Positions 25,288 to 39,593 of a stretch of DNA of 64,000 nucleotides are shown in pieces (the first letter of the stretch is position 1; each line of letters starts with the position of its first letter). The notes beneath the pieces were generated by a model, which was not told where the DNA came from, did not search any database, and saw only the letters and a program-made list of their open reading frames with translations. The translations under genes and the position numbers were made by a program. Source of the stretch: Eledone cirrhosa (lineage: Eukaryota); the NCBI GenBank assembly GCA_964016885.1, contig OZ024740.1, positions 266,724,001 to 266,788,000 of the forward strand, in the 5' to 3' direction.

Positions 25288-25321
25288 TACATGGAACTCC
25301 TTTAACCATCTTTTGATCTTA

Positions 25322-25446
25322 TATTATATATATACATACATATATATATATACATACATATATATATATACATACATATATATATATACATACATATATA
25401 TATACATACATATATATATATACATACATATATATATATACATATA

Positions 25447-25515
<69 letters not shown>

Positions 25516-25706
25516 GTACATACATATATATGTACATACATATATATGTACATACATATATATATATATATATACATACATAAATATATATATACATACA
25601 TATATATGTACATACATATATATATATATATATACATACATAAATATATATATACATACATATATATATATATATACATACATAAATATATATATACATA
25701 CATAAA

Positions 25707-25737
<31 letters not shown>

Positions 25738-25949
25738 TAATATATATATACATACATATACATATACATTCATATATATACATACAGATATATACATATA
25801 TATTCATATATATACATACATATATATACATATATATACATACATATATATACATATATATACATACATATATATACATATATATACATACATATATATA
25901 CATATATATACATACATATATATACATATATATACATACATATATATAC

Positions 25950-25986
<37 letters not shown>

Positions 25987-26053
25987 CATATATATACATA
26001 CATGCATATATATATACATGCATATATATATATATATACATGCATATATATAC

Positions 26054-26087
<34 letters not shown>

Positions 26088-26272
26088 ATGCATACATATA
26101 TATATATATGCATACATATATATATATGCATACATATATATATATGCATACATATATATATACATACATATATATATATGCATACATATATATATACATA
26201 CATATATATATATGCACACATATATATACGTATATATATACACATATATATATACATATATATACATATATA
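25322..26272. repeat. About 950-bp (TACA/TA)n compound microsatellite
   Basis: Directly visible. Confidence 0.95.
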
Positions 26273-26727
26273 TTGATAAATTCCGACCTCACAAACTTAC
26301 ACCTCTCCAAGACAATGTCACTGGACCGAGATCTTTGGCGCTACACAGTAATACAGAAGACCCGCCTTGCCTAAGTACAAAAATACACCCCTGTCCCACT
26401 ACCCTCACCCCATCCACACCACCCCCATCAATGTGAAGTCATGTTGGTACCACAACATCCAGTCCGAAATAAATGAGGTCGTGTAGGTGTCATGAAAAAA
26501 AAACACACAGTCCACGCTGTAATGTGGCCATGTAGGTAACACGGTAAAAACCTCCGAGTCCACACTGTAAACGTGGTTGGTGTTAGGAAGGGCATCCAGC
26601 CGTAGAAAACCTGCCAGACAGTCCTATATGAGCAAGACAACCAATCTTGCCTCAAGTGGTGAAACTCCCGTCCAAATGCATGCAAGCATGGAAGATGGAC
26701 GTTAAACGATGATGATGATGATGATGA
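26272..26727 (+). mobile_element. RTE LINE 3'-end fragment with (GAT)n tail
   Basis: Highly similar to 61337-61816 ([17 protein letters not shown] coding end plus 3' UTR). Confidence 0.88.
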
Positions 26728-26867
26728 TATACATATATATATGTATATACATATATATACACATATATATACATATATATACATCTTGTTTATATTTGTT
26801 CTGGCTCGTTAATTTATTAACCTGCCATTGAACCACACTGGCATTTGGTTGGACAATACATGCGTAC

Positions 26868-27158
26868 CTTAGCGCCTTGTGCGTGAAGGAACACATATCC
26901 TATTATCACTATCTCCTCTAAGTTGAGAACAAATTTGGTCTCTCCGACTGCTGCTAGTGATAGCTGCGGCTGGTTTGACCTACCTCCTTCTGCCTCTATC
27001 TTTACTTCGGCCCTTGATAAACCTGTTTCTACATCATCCACTCTCATCCCAGGAACAGTTTTGATAGCGCTAGTTCGTAATTTAAATTCAGGAATTTTAT
27101 ATTCTTCGAATGAAAAGAACCTTCTGACGAGAATCTTTCTTTGCAACGAAGGCCGCAT
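26868..27158 (-). CDS. Candidate coding exon of an unidentified host gene
   Basis: Unique-looking 97-codon frame MRPSLQ...[11 protein letters not shown] ending at a phase-0 donor AAG|GTACGC. Acceptor TATAG| at 27204-05. A possible upstream exon has donor TTG|GTAAAG near 28235. No product recognised. Confidence 0.45.
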
Positions 27159-27384
27159 GGTCTCCGTTTATTTTTGGGATTCGAAACCGATCGGTAAAGG
27201 TAACTATAGTAGGTAAAGTCAATTTTTTAAAATTTATTTTGAAACTTTTTCATTATTTGCTAAACCTTGTTTATATTTGTTCTGGCTCGTTAATTTATTA
27301 ACCTGCCATTGAACCACACTGGCATTTGGTTGGACAATACATGCGTACCTTAGCGCCTTGTGCGTGAAGGAACACATATCCTAT

Positions 27385-27392
27385 TATATATA

Positions 27393-27441
<49 letters not shown>

Positions 27442-27503
27442 TATATATATATGTATATACATATATTATATATATATATATATTATATATACATATATAT
27501 AAG

Positions 27504-27534
<31 letters not shown>

Positions 27535-27576
27535 CATATATTATATATATATATATTATATATACATATATATAAG

Positions 27577-27607
<31 letters not shown>

Positions 27608-27687
27608 TATATATATGTATATACATATATTATATATATATATATTATATATACATATATATAAGATATATATATATATATATATAC

Positions 27688-27735
<48 letters not shown>

Positions 27736-27769
27736 CATATATATAAGATATATATATATATATATATAC

Positions 27770-27817
<48 letters not shown>

Positions 27818-27834
27818 CATATATATAAGATATA

Positions 27835-27876
<42 letters not shown>

Positions 27877-27945
27877 CATATATTATATATACATATATAT
27901 ATATATATATATACATATATTATATATACATATATATATATATAT
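27385..27945. repeat. (TA)n tract with higher-order recurring unit (TATTATATATACATATATATAAGA)
   Basis: The unit recurs about five times in the tract. Confidence 0.85.
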
Positions 27946-28772
27946 AAAATTGAAAGTTTGAAGAACTATTAGATAAAATATATACAGTATTTCCTCTTCC
28001 TAGTTCGTATAATATAAATCAACCACTTAAAAAATCATTTAAACGAGGCTATAAGTTTAAAATGTAACTATGAAGAAATAATAGACAAATGATACAGACT
28101 ATTTTGCGCAATGTATAGCCAGATAAAATTTGTCCAGTTATTTCTTTTAGCCTGTAGAAATTGACTAGACAAATAATCAACTACATGGAGTTCGGTACAA
28201 AATAGAAGTTTGAAGAAAAATGCACATAAACTTTACCAAAATCCCTCTAGTCCCAAACACCGGCGGTTTCGTTCCATTTTTTTTTTTTTAATATACCCAC
28301 TCTTGAATCTATCCACGAGGCTTGGAACTCATTATTTGCTTAATTAATTCTTCATTGAGCCACACCATGAAAGGTAGCCAAACTCATATATGTATCTGTG
28401 ACTATATCTAATTATATACATATACCCCCTTGAATTTAATATAAATATATATATCTATATATATATACATCATCATCGTTTAACGTCTGTGAAGTCTTTG
28501 GCATCAGAAAAGGCATCTAAGTGTAGAAACCATGCCAAAATATGGAACATATAGGCAAGACATAAATATTTAACTATGTCATGTCCAACCAAACCTTACC
28601 AGCATGGGAAATGGACAGAAGAGGAGGAGATTTCAAACTTTGTATGGAAAATATTTATTTTAAAATGATAACTAACAAAATTGGGATAAAACTTTATTAA
28701 AAAAACAACAACAATAAATATTAAGTTAACAATAAAATAACAACAACAGATCTGTGCAACATAGAGCATAAA

Positions 28773-29080
28773 CTGGTACTCCGTCGGTTACGACGAGGAG
28801 TGTTCCAGTTGATACGATCAACGGAGCAGCCTGCTCGTGAAATTAACGTGCAAGTGGCTGAGCATTCCACATACACCATTAACGTAGTTCTCAGGGAGAT
28901 TCAACTTGACACAATGTGACAAGGCTGGCACTTTGAATTACAGGTACAACTCATTTTTACCAGCTGAGTGGATTGGAGCAACATGAAATAAAGTCTCTTA
29001 CTCAAGGACACAACGCATTGCTGGGAATCGAACTCACGACTGTGCGTCGAATATCCTACCCACTATGACAATCGCCTTCA
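28773..29080 (-). mobile_element. Family B-related tRNA SINE
   Basis: Reverse complement: head GAAGGCGATTGTCATAGTGGGTAGG, B-box GAGTTCGATTCC, body GTGTCCTTGAGTAAGAGACTTTATTTCATGTTGCTCC. Confidence 0.75.
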
Positions 29081-29422
29081 CAACATAGAGTATAGGATCA
29101 ATAAACCTTTAAAGTTTAGAACTTTATGTTAAAATATGTTTTAATTTAAATTTTATTTGGTATATAAAAGAACTTTATGTAAAAAGAAGCTGGGATAACA
29201 TTTTTTTTTATTCTTTTTTTTTTCAATGTTGTCAATTGAAAAATTAGAACAATTTGTTAAGATTAGAATCAAGTGCATGGTATTGGGCCAAGGATAAAAA
29301 ATGTAATTCTTAACTGACCAGAAACCTTCATACCCCTGGATTTAACCCCTTCTATACTGACCCGCCCCAAACCAAACTCTGGCTCTATGAAAGAAAACCA
29401 GCCATTTTAAAGGGTTCATTTT

Positions 29423-29842
29423 ACTCTCGGGTTCCAAATAAGCGGGGGAGTTGGAATAAGCTGGGGGGGGGGGGGTCGGTCGGTAATTTTTCTATGTTGT
29501 CTTTGTTGATTTTTTTTTAAAAACCAAATTAGTCGTTTAGTTTACATATTGAGACCTCAACCTATCTTATTTATTTTATAACATATTGGATTTTTGTGAT
29601 GTATATTGTTTTTTAATGTATAAAGGAAATTTATTGTTGCAGAAATGGTACTATTTTAAATAAAATTACACTATGGGATTTCTAGTAATGTACTTTTTTT
29701 TTGTCATGTATAATGTCTTTTAGTGTCTAAAAAAAAATTGTCGCAGGAATGCTACCACTTAAAATAAAATTTCGCTAGTGATAGATTAGCAAAATTTAAT
29801 AAGCAGGGGAGGGGGTTGGGCCATTATTCGAGACCCAAAAGT
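29423..29842. mobile_element. TIR MITE with TA termini (further copies at 37409-37943 and, partial, 57613-57890)
   Basis: Ends TACTCTCGGGTTCCAAATAA and TTATTCGAGACCCAAAAGT. The internal sequence (GTTTACATATTGAGACC, GGAATGCTACCACTT) is shared by three copies. Confidence 0.7.
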
Positions 29843-31282
29843 TAATTAAAATTTATAAACATAATTTTATACAAGAACTATATGTTAAGTTACTATCTTA
29901 GTAATGAATAATTAATAGTTTTAGTAAATTCTTCAAAATTCTTTATCGATTAATTGAAATAGTGTGTATTTCATTAGAAATACAGTTATGAATGGTAAAT
30001 AATATAAAATACTGTTTATTTCTGACACATGTATTTTCATATGTAAAATTAGCATCTTTTATTTATTGCAACTACTGTCTTCTTTCAGTCAATTAGCACC
30101 TTCTAATTTACTACTAGGAGTTGCAAACAGTAGATAGTATCAGCAATGGAAAGACCAATGGAAACATTGTTTCCTTGGTCCAATTTTATAAGTTCTACCT
30201 CACTCGGTAAGTGAATGAGGTCTGGGATCTTGTCGATCGAATTCTATGCTAGGCTATAGTTATTGCAGCTACTGTTTTCTTTCACTCAATTGTATTTGAT
30301 GTTCTAATATTTCTCAGAATAATAGCTTGCATGGTCCCATAGAGGCACCATGTTGACATACAAGGTTTTTTTTTTTAAACCTGGCAGAGCTCATCTCCTT
30401 TCCATGTCTGAGTACAGCAGATTTCTACCAGAGAAGGAGAAAGAGTGAGGGAAAGGAAGTGAGAAAGAGATATAGAGGGAGAATCCACCCCAGCAGTAGA
30501 CTGGTACTTTTTTATCAACCTCGAAATGATGAAAGGCAAAGTTGACCTCGGAGGGATTTGGACTCATAGAGCAGAGAGCTGAAACAAATATCGCAAAGCA
30601 TTCTATCCAACGTTCTAACAACTCTACCAACTCGCTGCCTTCAGAATAATAGAGAATTTGGAAAATGGTTTGCTATTTTTTTGTGCCTTAGCAAGGCAAT
30701 AATATACAGGTACAACACCAATTTTTCGGCACCTCTGGTTCCAAACTTGAACCAGATTATCTATTTGGTATATAATAATTCACTGAAAACATATGAGATC
30801 AGAATCATGTTCCGTATTCTTCAGCTATAATACATAATATAATGGCACAAATGTTTAAAATTAAATCTAATGCTATGTGGGTAACCTCCTTAAGTGAATC
30901 GATAGCCTAGCTAGAAAATTCTAGTGGCCACCTATAATTATATCTGAATAAATAGAGCTGCTGGGACTTCAGTTGACAGAAAATTAGGGTTTTACCTGTA
31001 GAACATTAGTTGTTTGCATTGTAATGTAATGTTTAGTCAGGACCAGATTTAGACCGGAAGGGGGGGCAGTTCAGATTAGTCAACCCCACATATAACATCA
31101 CACACACACACGTATATATATGTATATATATATATATAATTCAAGGGTAAGAAATTGTCTAGATAAAATGTATGTACATATTATGTGTGTGTGTACATTT
31201 ATATAGGCGTAATGACATATGAAGGTCTGAGAGTAAGCAGATAGGCTTACATAAAGGTGTTGAAAGATTGATTCTTACCATC

Positions 31283-31330
<48 letters not shown>

Positions 31331-33393
31331 CATAGATGTATTGGATAGCAAGTAAAAGAACTTACATAAAGATGGTAAAATTCCGATATTTCTATATTCC
31401 TATACAGCTGCTTCAGGGAGTAAGAGAACTGGTTCCAAATACCAAATAATGGCACCATAAAACTAACCACCCTTCATCAGTACAAATTCATCTTACTAAA
31501 CACATTAGAAACGACCAGCCATCATAGATTCAAAAGAGAATATGAATGCACATGGTGATGATGTTATAATATAAGGATACAAGTAGCCTAATGGGATTGC
31601 TAGAAGTAGCAGTGCGTTTGGTTTAAAATGAAGCAGCTCTACTAAAATTTAATGTTAGGAACAAAAATACATATATTGAAATATTGATTTCCACATTAAA
31701 TTATTAACCATAATGTCTGACAAATGTATAGGTTAACCTATGTGTTAAAAATAGCCACTGTTAGAACCTAAAGTCAGCTCTACTAATTTAAAATTTGACA
31801 ATTTCCATTAGGAGCAGTATATATACATATATATATAAGCAGAGAGAGAGAGAGAGAGAAAGAGCAGGGGCCCTGTTTGGAGAGAGAGGAGCTCTGTTTG
31901 ATGAGTAGCCCCTGTGACCCTGTGTTTAGTGTAGTGGACTGAAGACGTTTTTTCTTCTTTTTATATTGAATCCACAGTTGGTGTTGAAAAAATTGGAGGG
32001 GCTGTGATGTAAATACTCCTTTCTTGTAGCCATTAATCAGATGTAAAATTAATCTCTTCCCCAGTCCTGCTGCAGTTGATAATGATGATACTCATTTTCA
32101 ACCGAGTGAATTGTTGCAATGTGAAATGAAGTACCTTACTCAAGGAGACAATGTGCTACCCAGTCTGGGAATCAAAACTGATAACTTTACAATCTTGAGC
32201 CATACATCCTAACCCCAAGGCCACATGCTTTACAGCTGCCAATGAAAGATCAGAAAAACACATCACTAGAAACAGTTGGTCACCAAAGGTTACATATTTA
32301 GCTGTGTGGTGACTTTTCTGACTGCATTTGGCAGGCACAAAGTTCATCCTTAGACAAAATATGATTTAATAAAACAATGTTTCATAATTTCAAAATGTTA
32401 TCTATTACCCAACCTAAGCCTCTAAAATATTCTGGGCCACATATTTTTTGAAAAATACAGAATACAGGAATATAGGAATACAGAATACAGGAATTCATGA
32501 ATACAGAAATACAGATATAAAGCATCAACTGTTGTACTTTAATTATCACAGCTTTCCATCACAGATTATAAGATGAAACAAAGAATATTTACCACATTTG
32601 TAACATCTTTCAGTTCTGCAGTTAATTTTTTTTTTTATTTTTTATTTGTGAAATAAGAAGTGGGTTTTGTTTCCTTTGAAACTAAAGCTGCCCACAAAAG
32701 CATGTCTGTAATACAACTTTTTTTTTTCTTTTTTTTTCTATACAATCATATATTCAATCAAGGGTATACTATAATCTAGAAACCGAGAGAAAAATATTTT
32801 AGAGAGCCTCATTGTAGTTATTCACTCTTCTAGAAATAGCAGCTAAATTCTCCCCCACCCACCCCCTAATTTTTTAATTTCCACCTTATTGTTTTAAAAA
32901 GTGATTTCTGATTTAGGCACTAGGCCAATAATTTTGTGGGAAGGGAATATTGATTAAATCAACCTCAGTGCATTACTGGTACTGTATTTTATTGACTCCA
33001 TAAGGATGAAAGGCAAAGCTAACCTCACTGAAATTTGAACTCAGAATGTAAAGGGATGTAATTAAATGCCTTATTGGTTGCTTTATGTTTAGGGGGAAAA
33101 ACCTGGATGGTTGAGGCTAGCATGCCTTTGAATATGGGGCTGCTCAATTAAGTCTTGCCTGGGGCAGAACAATAACAACAATAACAAATTTTCTTTAACA
33201 CATTTTAGATTTTAGTCATGGATTAATCTGATATAGACATGATTAAACTATTTGTCATTTAACCAAGTAATGCTGCATTGAAGGATTCAATAACCTTATT
33301 GATGTTCATCTCACAGATATATAAAAAGAAGCCAACAGTAAAAGCCCCCCACCCTACTTTGTAAAATATTTACATATACATACAGCCAGGAAA

Positions 33394-34913
33394 TTAGCAT
33401 ATTTCAGTTGGTAGATTACTGCAAATCGATTCAGTTTCGGGTGTTCCATCATTCAGTAGCAGTTTTTGGTTGCCCTTCATTGCAACTTCAATAATATTCA
33501 CACCATTTATATCTTCATTCTGAAGAGGTTCACGTTGACTCAGAAGCTCTTCTACTTCCACTGATTTTAACATTTGCCATGAAGCATTGTAGGCAACCAC
33601 TTGTGACTCACGCTTGCAGCTATCTTCTGCACTAGCTACGAATTGATCAGACAAAAATACCATGCACTTCACATGGTTCCTGTTGATACCAACACGTTGA
33701 TACACCACTGTGGGATTTAAGAATACTTCAATTGCTTTAGTGTCAATTGTACACACAATGCTATTTCTAGGTGGAACATTACTCCCTTTGACATACTTAA
33801 TTAATGATTTGAACCTTTCTTCAATAGGTGGAATAGTACTGTGAAGACTAAAAACATCTGTGTTTTGTTCCGGTATATCAGAATCTTCCATACCTTTAAC
33901 CACTTCTTCTGCAGGTAATTGCTGTAATCTGGAAATTGCTTTGAAATAAGTTTCTTGTCTTGTTTCCTTTTTCTTGAATGCCCATCCAATAGCTAGAATT
34001 ATGTTGTTCAGTTTTAATGTTCCTTTGTAATATGGACGGCCATGAATTATAAATTTATCCTGCACTTTATAATCAAGTTCCATTTTATAACCTGTCTTCA
34101 AACAAGCCTGTCGTAGTACAGACACAGAAATACTCTCACTAAAGACTTTTTCAACAAAAAACTTTTTTAGTTGGACTATAATTGGAAACAGCTTGTTTCC
34201 ATTAGTATTGTAATCAAGGCAAGGTTCTAATTCTTCAGGCACATTTTGTTCTTCATAAGGCCCAGGATCTTTCTGTTTTAAAATATCTTCAATAGGTGTC
34301 GTTTGCAACAGTTCATAAACTTTGGAATAAATTTTGTGTTTAAGGTCTTTTTTGTGGATGCCAGAGCCACGCATGATAAATATACCATCAAGGTAAAATG
34401 AAGCACTGTATTGGTTACTCCCACCTGGCAATTCATAACTGCAATCTAATCTATATAGTGGATTCATCAAATCTTTACCAAATTTAGAAAGCAAGTTTTC
34501 TATAAGCATTATTTTGTTAGGTTTTGTTTCTTCTTTCTTTAACTCATTGATAAAAGCATACAGTTTCTCGTTTGGTGTTTTAAGACATAGGTTTTTCATA
34601 TGTTTCCCTTCTTGTCTTCGTTTCATATTTTTTTGTTCATGTGACACATCAATTGTCAGAGAGTTTTCCTGGTCATAGTCACGTGTTAATGAAACTTGTT
34701 TAGATTGCATGTTGTTTTTTCTTGTGATGTATTTAAAAGGTTCAATAACTTCACTAGAATGACAACTGGAATCACTTGAAGAAGATTTAGAATTTTCTGT
34801 ATTAGAAGAATTAGAATGTTTTTTGTTGATATGTGCACTACCTCCAGTAGTAGTTCTTTCTAAGAGTTCGATGAACAAGTTTACATTCATATCTTTCAAT
34901 TTTTCATGACATG
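33394..34913 (-). CDS. Host gene, last coding exon: protein with three tandem dsRBD(DSRM)-like repeats, resembling the NKRF/CDKN2AIP type
   Basis: Open frame of more than 500 codons. Polypyrimidine acceptor TTTTCTTCCTCAG at 34914-15, phase 1, compatible with the upstream exon. Repeats FYLDGIFIMRGSGIHKKDLKHKIYSKVYELL, LKLNNIILAIGWAFKKKETRQETYFKAISRL and VFLSDQFVASAEDSCKRESQVVAYNASWQML. Confidence 0.8.
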
Positions 34914-35274
34914 CTGAGGAAGAAAAAAAGAAAAAACATTTTAACAGATAATATTTGAAATTAATAAAGACATGAAAAGATTATATTGAAATAATTTCAA
35001 TTTAAACTATAATATTTATATTTAGATAAAATGGTAGTGCTGGCATCATAATAAATTGCACCCAGTACACTCTATAAAGTGGTAGTGCTGGTGCCATGAT
35101 GAAATGCACCAAGTGTACTCTGTAAAGTGGTTGGCATTAGGAAGAACATCAAGCCATAGAAACCATACTAAATATAGAATTTATGAACTAGACATGGTTC
35201 CCTGAACAGTCTACTCTCAGACCATGACGACACGTCCAACCCATGCCAGCATGGAAGACAGATGTAAAATGATT

Positions 35275-35582
35275 ATTATTATTATTGTTGTTGTTGTTAT
35301 TGTGCTATTTCATTTAGCTCAGTTCTGTTTCCCTATTGCCAGATTTAGGCCTTGAACCTCGGGCAACAGATGTTTTCATTGTAGAGAGAGAACTTGTCTG
35401 AGAATGCTGTTTCTAGTAGCCGGATCTTCTGTAGCTCATATCTGCTGATCTTGCAGGGAAGGACGCTAAGATGCAGGTCTGAGGATTTGGGTATTAATCC
35501 TAATGCTCCTATTACCACAGGGATAGTATTTGTGTTCATCCTCCACATGTGGTTGATCTCTAGTTCCAGGTCTTTGTATTTT
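35275..35582 (-). mobile_element. 3' fragment of a second R4/Dong-like RLE LINE
   Basis: KYKDLELEINHMW...IPVVIGALGLI...ELQK..LL.TA, homologous to the C-terminus of ORF 4040-7432. (AAT/AAC)n tail. Confidence 0.8.
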
Positions 35583-36400
35583 ATAATAATAATAATAATG
35601 AAATTATTGTGTAAAGTGCTCAGGTGCACTACAACTCGTCAAAGGTGTATGTATAGTACATAGAATAATTGTTTCTACTTTAGGCACAAGGCCAGCAATT
35701 ACCCAGTACATTACTAGTACTTTATTTTATCGACCCCGTAAGGATGAAAGGCAAAGTTAACCTCGGCGGGATTTGAACTCAGATCGTAAAGGGACGTAAC
35801 TATGCTAGAAAGCATGGCGTCCAACCCTCTACCGACACTGCCAATTCATAATACACAAATGTCAGGGAAGTGAATAGTGTATGAGTCATGGTATACATGT
35901 GGGTATGTGTATGGAGAGGGAACATTAGCTGTAGTGTTGGCGGATCTCGGGAAGCATGGAGGCCTTAAAGGATGCAGTGTCTCGACAGCTAACAACTGAT
36001 GCAGGTAGTTTGTTCCATGCTTCAGCAACTCTGAGCGTGAAAAATGTTTCCGAAAGTCATGGGAACTGTGCTGTTTTCTGACTTTGTGGGCATGTCCACG
36101 TGTGTTAGACACATGGAAATCAAAAAGGTACTCAGGGTTGTTGTTGGCAACATGGTTAACAATTTTGTGGGTGTTTACCAAGTCAGTTGCCAGGCGTCGG
36201 AGCTTCAATGTATCCATGCCCAGGGAAGCAAGGCGCTCAGAGTATGGTAGATGCTTGATGGAGGGTATTCGCTTGGTTTCACGTCTCTGAACAGTTTCCA
36301 GGCGGTCAATGTTCCAGACTGGTGATGCAAATTCTAAGTGTGGTCGCACCACAGCCTTAAATAGATATCTGGAGAGCGGCTGACAAAGGTCTTGCTGACA
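35583..36400 (-). mobile_element. CR1-like LINE 3' fragment with (ATT)n tail, interrupted by a family A SINE (35664-35846)
   Basis: VRPHLEFASPVW...LETVQRR.TKRIP...Y.ERL..L....L..RR...DL...TRGH, the typical CR1 ORF2 C-terminus. Confidence 0.85.
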
Positions 36401-36604
36401 GTTTTTCCATTGTGTTCATAGATGTATTCTTGTCAGCTGGTATGGAACTATCTATAAAGCAACATGTCCAATCTGTTTTGTTTTTTATGATGCTATCTGG
36501 CCTGTTGGCAGTGGTGATGATGATGTACTGCCAAAGGAAGTACTTTCTGAAATATATTAAATAGGAATCCTCTATGTACTAACATATGTACAAGTGCCCT
36601 AGAT

Positions 36605-36812
36605 CAGGCATGTCAAACTGAGGGTTCCCCAAGGGCCACATAGGTTACAAATGTGTTGTCTGAGGGTACACATGACAACTAATTGCGCATATTACAACTA
36701 ATATTTTTTATTTTATATTACGCTCGCATTGTAAAAACCTTTGTGCGGTCTACAGGTGTGCTTGCAAAGGGCCGTGTGCGGCCCGGCGCAGGCCACATGT
36801 TTGACATGCCTG
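36605..36812. mobile_element. hAT (Charlie-like) MITE, 208 bp
   Basis: TIRs CAGGCATGTCAAAC and GTTTGACATGCCTG. 8-bp TSD CCCTAGAT / CCGTAGAT. Confidence 0.88.
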
Positions 36813-36882
36813 CCGTAGATGGTACGTGAAAACATTTTATTGCCATGCTTGAGATGTAATTATATCTTTAGCAATTTATCCT

Positions 36883-38116
36883 TTAACCCTTTTGATACTA
36901 AACTGACTAAAACCAGCCCTGGTTCTACAACACAAAGCTGTTAAAGTGTTAAAGTGTTTATATTTTTCTAAAAACCTTCCATCATAATTTCATGAAAGAA
37001 CCTTTCTTAAGTTATGTTCCAAACACCAGCTTAATAATAAGAAAGTTTACTAAAGTTTAATAAGTTTACTTTACTAAATTTCTCCAAATCCTTGATTATT
37101 TTTTATTTGAAAATCATAGTCAGTGTCTTTCGTCAAAAATATGGTAACAAAATAGTTCAAATGTTTATATTTATTTCAAACTTCCCATCATAACTTTATG
37201 TAAGAACCTTTGTTAAGTTATGTACCAAACACTAAGTTAATATTATCAAAGTTAGTTCATCATCATCATCATCGTCGTTTAATATCTATTACTAAATCCC
37301 TCGAAATTGTTGATTGTTTTCAAAATGATTTGGAAATCGTAGACATTGTCTTTCATTAGAAATATGGTAATGAAAGGATTAAAATGATTATCTGTCACCT
37401 AAGCAGTGTACACTCAAGTCCCAAATAATGTGGGGGAGGGGTTGGAGTAAGAGGGGAGTGGAATAAGCGGGGGAGTTGGAATAAACAAAGGTGGGGATCG
37501 ATAATTTTTCTACATTGTCTCCTTGATTTTTTTATAAAAACCAGAATTAGTCATTTAGTTTACATATTGAGACCCCAACCCATACTATTTATTTTATAAT
37601 GTATGGAATTTCTAGTAATGTACTTTTTTGTCATGTATAATGTTTTTTACTGACCTATACGAGCGAGACACGGTCACCTGATTAATCTTGCCTCAAGTGG
37701 GACAATTCCTGCCTAACCCATGCTAGCATGGAAGATAGACGTTAAATGATGATGATGATGTTGATGATGATGTCTAAAGAAAATTGTAACAGGAATGCTA
37801 CCACTTAATATAAAATTTAGATAAGCAAAATTTAGATAAGCAAAATTTAATAAGCGAGACAGTTGGAAAAAATCTGAAAAACTAATAAGCTGTGGTGATG
37901 GTGGTGGTGGGAGGGGGGAAACGATTATTCTAGACTCGAGAGTATTTAAAACATCTCATCATAATTGTAAGAACATCTATGTTATGTTCCAAACATTAAG
38001 TTAATATTTCAAAGTTAGTTATATTACTAAATCCCACAAAATTCTTGATTATTTTCAAAATAATTTGAAAATCATAGACATAGTCTTTCATTAGAAATAT
38101 GGTAATGAAAGGGTTA
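36883..38116. mobile_element. Tandemly rearranged TTAA-CCCTTT...AAAGGG-TTAA repeat (piggyBac-like MITE family) with a nested TA-MITE at 37409-37943
   Basis: Left end TTAACCCTTTTGATAC; right ends TAATGAAAGG(G/A)TTAA at about 37382 and 38116. Related copies at about 29342-29995, 41439-41880 and 54945-55146. Confidence 0.6.
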
Positions 38117-38379
38117 AAATGATCAGCAGTGTACCTCAGTGATTCACTGCTTAAAAAAAAAAGGACAAAAATAAGGAAATAATATTGTTTCTTTGTAAAA
38201 AGTAACCATCTTGTTAAACTCATAACATGTACATATTACATAAGTAATTGAGATAATGTAATGTGACCCATAAGTAACAGTACAACTCAGTATCACTACC
38301 CCAGTGATGCAGGCCTGAACAGAGTGGTGGAACATTCTCCAGTGTGTGGGAGTCCATATGTAGCATACCCACCTCCCAT

Positions 38380-38670
38380 CTCGTGGCCCCAGTGGACAGA
38401 ATGGAGAAAAACGTTGCCCTGGAGTATAGCTAGGGAGGGAGACGCGTTGGAATAGCGATTCCTATTCATGGAGCGCACTATTGCGAGTAGCCAAATCCAG
38501 CCCCACAATTGTGAGTAGGGATGTATTCCAGGGACCAAGAATGCTGGAAGTCTTCACTGTTACAGATTCAACCGCAAACCTATCAGAGAGTGACTGATAT
38601 TTCAATAGCTTTCCCTCTTCAGCCTGACGAGCAGCAAAGCCTGAGTTAGTCACTAAATACACCAGGTTGC
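38380..38670 (-). mobile_element. Decayed 3' fragment of a CRE-like RLE non-LTR element
   Basis: FAARQAEEGKLLKYQSLSDRF...V.VKTSSILGP...ESLFQRVSL, matching the A..AE..K..KY...PVAVET.G..G...LFQR.S.A pattern. Confidence 0.65.
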
Positions 38671-39593
38671 CTCAGAAGGTATCACATTACTTTGATCTAT
38701 GATTACTGGTATTGATTGTCATTAACTTATGTTGTCGGATCTCTGTCAGTTATGAAGATGAGTGTTGTAATTTTTTGATCAACTGAACAGCCTGTTCATC
38801 AAATTAACCTGTATGGGGCTGCCCTTAACAAAGTTCTTAGGGAGATTCAGCAAGACACATTGTGTGATAAGACAGGTCTTTTGAGATACAACTCATTTTT
38901 GCTGCAGGCAGAGCTGCAACTTCTCCGAATTGTGAGATCACAGCTTCAATATTACAGACATGCTCAGATTGTCACAAGAAAGATTTGCTGGGCAGATTTT
39001 ATGGGCAAAACCAACTAGCAGGAGATCCAGGGATAGACCCCCAAGGAAGATCTTTGGTTAACATCCATGAGCTTGGTTGATCTTACCTGGGGATCCAGTT
39101 GGATCATTTGGAAACAGTTGCTTCTGACAGGACCCGCTGGAAGGCGCACTTGAGCCCCCCCCCCCCCGCCCCAAAAAAAAACCTCCCAGGAACAAGTAGG
39201 TGAAGAAGAAGAACAAGAACGATTGTGAGCCTTATACCCTGACCATTAAACCACGTGCCTTGAAACTCAAAACAGATTTTTAAAATATTTAGTAAAATAC
39301 AAATATAACTCTAGCTAGTTTAGACACAGAAAGGGCAGAAAATCGATTAACTCGACCCCAATACTTGTCTGGTACAAAAACAATAACCTGCTACTCAAAA
39401 ATATCAAAGACTAATTAAGGGGAGATTACTCTTTAAATTTTCTAGACCATAAGTTTTATTTATTTATTTATTTATTACTCACGACACGTTTTTGAGTAAA
39501 TAAAAGGCATCTGGCCAGAAAAATGTTGTCTTAAAAAGACGGACCCATGATATATTGTCAATCCACAATATCAAGTTAATAATGAAAACTTAC

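Larger units (their letters stand above)
22275..25325 (-). mobile_element. Penelope-like element (Hydra-type), 5'-truncated at RT motif C, with a roughly 470-bp inverted 3'-end copy
   Basis: Reading frame about 24850-23490: GGIYRDDGL, FLDVSL, SNHP, IIWYNTPFS, CNCRIKNKC, YFGSTSTSFKARLYNH, CNLCLNE. 24851-25325 is the reverse complement of about 22362-22832. Confidence 0.92.
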
